Shown here piece by piece: positions 22,213 to 22,962 of a DNA stretch of 22,962 bases. This stretch comes from Octopus sinensis (taxonomy: Eukaryota), in NCBI RefSeq assembly GCF_006345805.1, contig NW_021836703.1:1-22962 (forward strand), read 5' to 3'. Each line of letters opens with the position of its first letter. Position 1 is the stretch's first letter. A program made the position numbers and the translations under genes. The notes beneath the pieces are model-generated. The model did not search any database and was not told where the DNA came from. It saw only the letters and a list, made by a program, of their open reading frames with translations.

Positions 22213-22418
22213 TATAATATATAAAAAAACAAAGGTGGATAGGTACGTTAGTAATTTTAAAATACTGTTAAGAAAATTGATGTCATAGGACGAGAGAAGA
22301 AGAGAAGGAGGAGAGAAAGTGAGTTAAAGGAGTAATGGAGGTATAAACAAATAGAAGGTGAATGGCAAATGGCTAGAAATGATAAAGGAAAGAATGGGAT
22401 GTATAGGATGAAAATAAT

Positions 22419-22744
22419 AAAGTGTAAATTGCAGATATTGTTAGGTAAGAGAACAGATAATTCTTGAAATAGCTGAAAGTGTGTCTTTTTCCAATGTAAA
22501 TACTTGTAAACACGTTCTTTAAAGGGAAATTTTGTCAAGATTCTTTTCCTATGACAACGGGAATTCTTTTTGCACCTTTTTGTACAGCGAACAACTATTA
22601 ATCCCTTTTTTTTCAAACACCCACCACTGGTCAACACCTATAAAGAACGCGTTTACAGGTGTTTAGTTTGGAAAATAAAACACATTTTCAGCTATTTCAA
22701 ATAATATCTGCCTCATTCCCTAATAATATCGGCAATTTATCCTT
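22419..22744. mobile_element. Old MITE-like element with ~100-bp imperfect inverted repeats
   Basis: 22425-22525 versus the reverse complement of 22637-22739, e.g. TTGAAATAGCTGAAA / TTTCAGCTATTTCAA and TGTAAACACGTTCTTTA / TAAAGAACGCGTTTACA. Spacer about 110 bp. Confidence 0.8.
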
Positions 22745-22962
22745 TTGAAGCAAACTCTGATTTGAAACATAAACATTTGAAGCTAACATTTGGAACTCTA
22801 ATTTGAGTTTCGCACGACAACGGCTTTCTATGGTTCTTGGGTAGAATTTGGTAGTTCTTGCTAGAAACTGCTAATTTACTCTTAAACACCCACATTTCAT
22901 GTACCTTAATCATTTTCTCTTCGCAACCATTTTTAAATGCCTTTTGGCAAACATCAATGCTC

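Overview
AT-rich, microsatellite-saturated eukaryotic non-coding DNA (intronic or intergenic). It is most likely octopus/cephalopod, inferred from recalled SINE families rather than from a search. No recognisable protein-coding gene is present, and nearly all ORF-track entries are translated microsatellites or SINEs. The window holds about 12 tRNA-derived SINE copies or fragments from several families (two with clear TSDs, one tandem dimer), two complete non-autonomous Helitrons and a decayed RTE-clade LINE 3' fragment. It also has three palindromic or long inverted-repeat elements and an inverted pair of ~435-bp SINE-linker-SINE composites 2.2 kb apart. The most interesting signal is a set of minimal type I hammerhead-ribozyme-like motifs (best at 21691-21774 minus and 11921-11980 plus) in short islands between microsatellites. 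These suggest Penelope-like or retrozyme-type elements, and some palindromes may be their fold-back derivatives. Two weak exon candidates lie at 16.7-17.2 kb.
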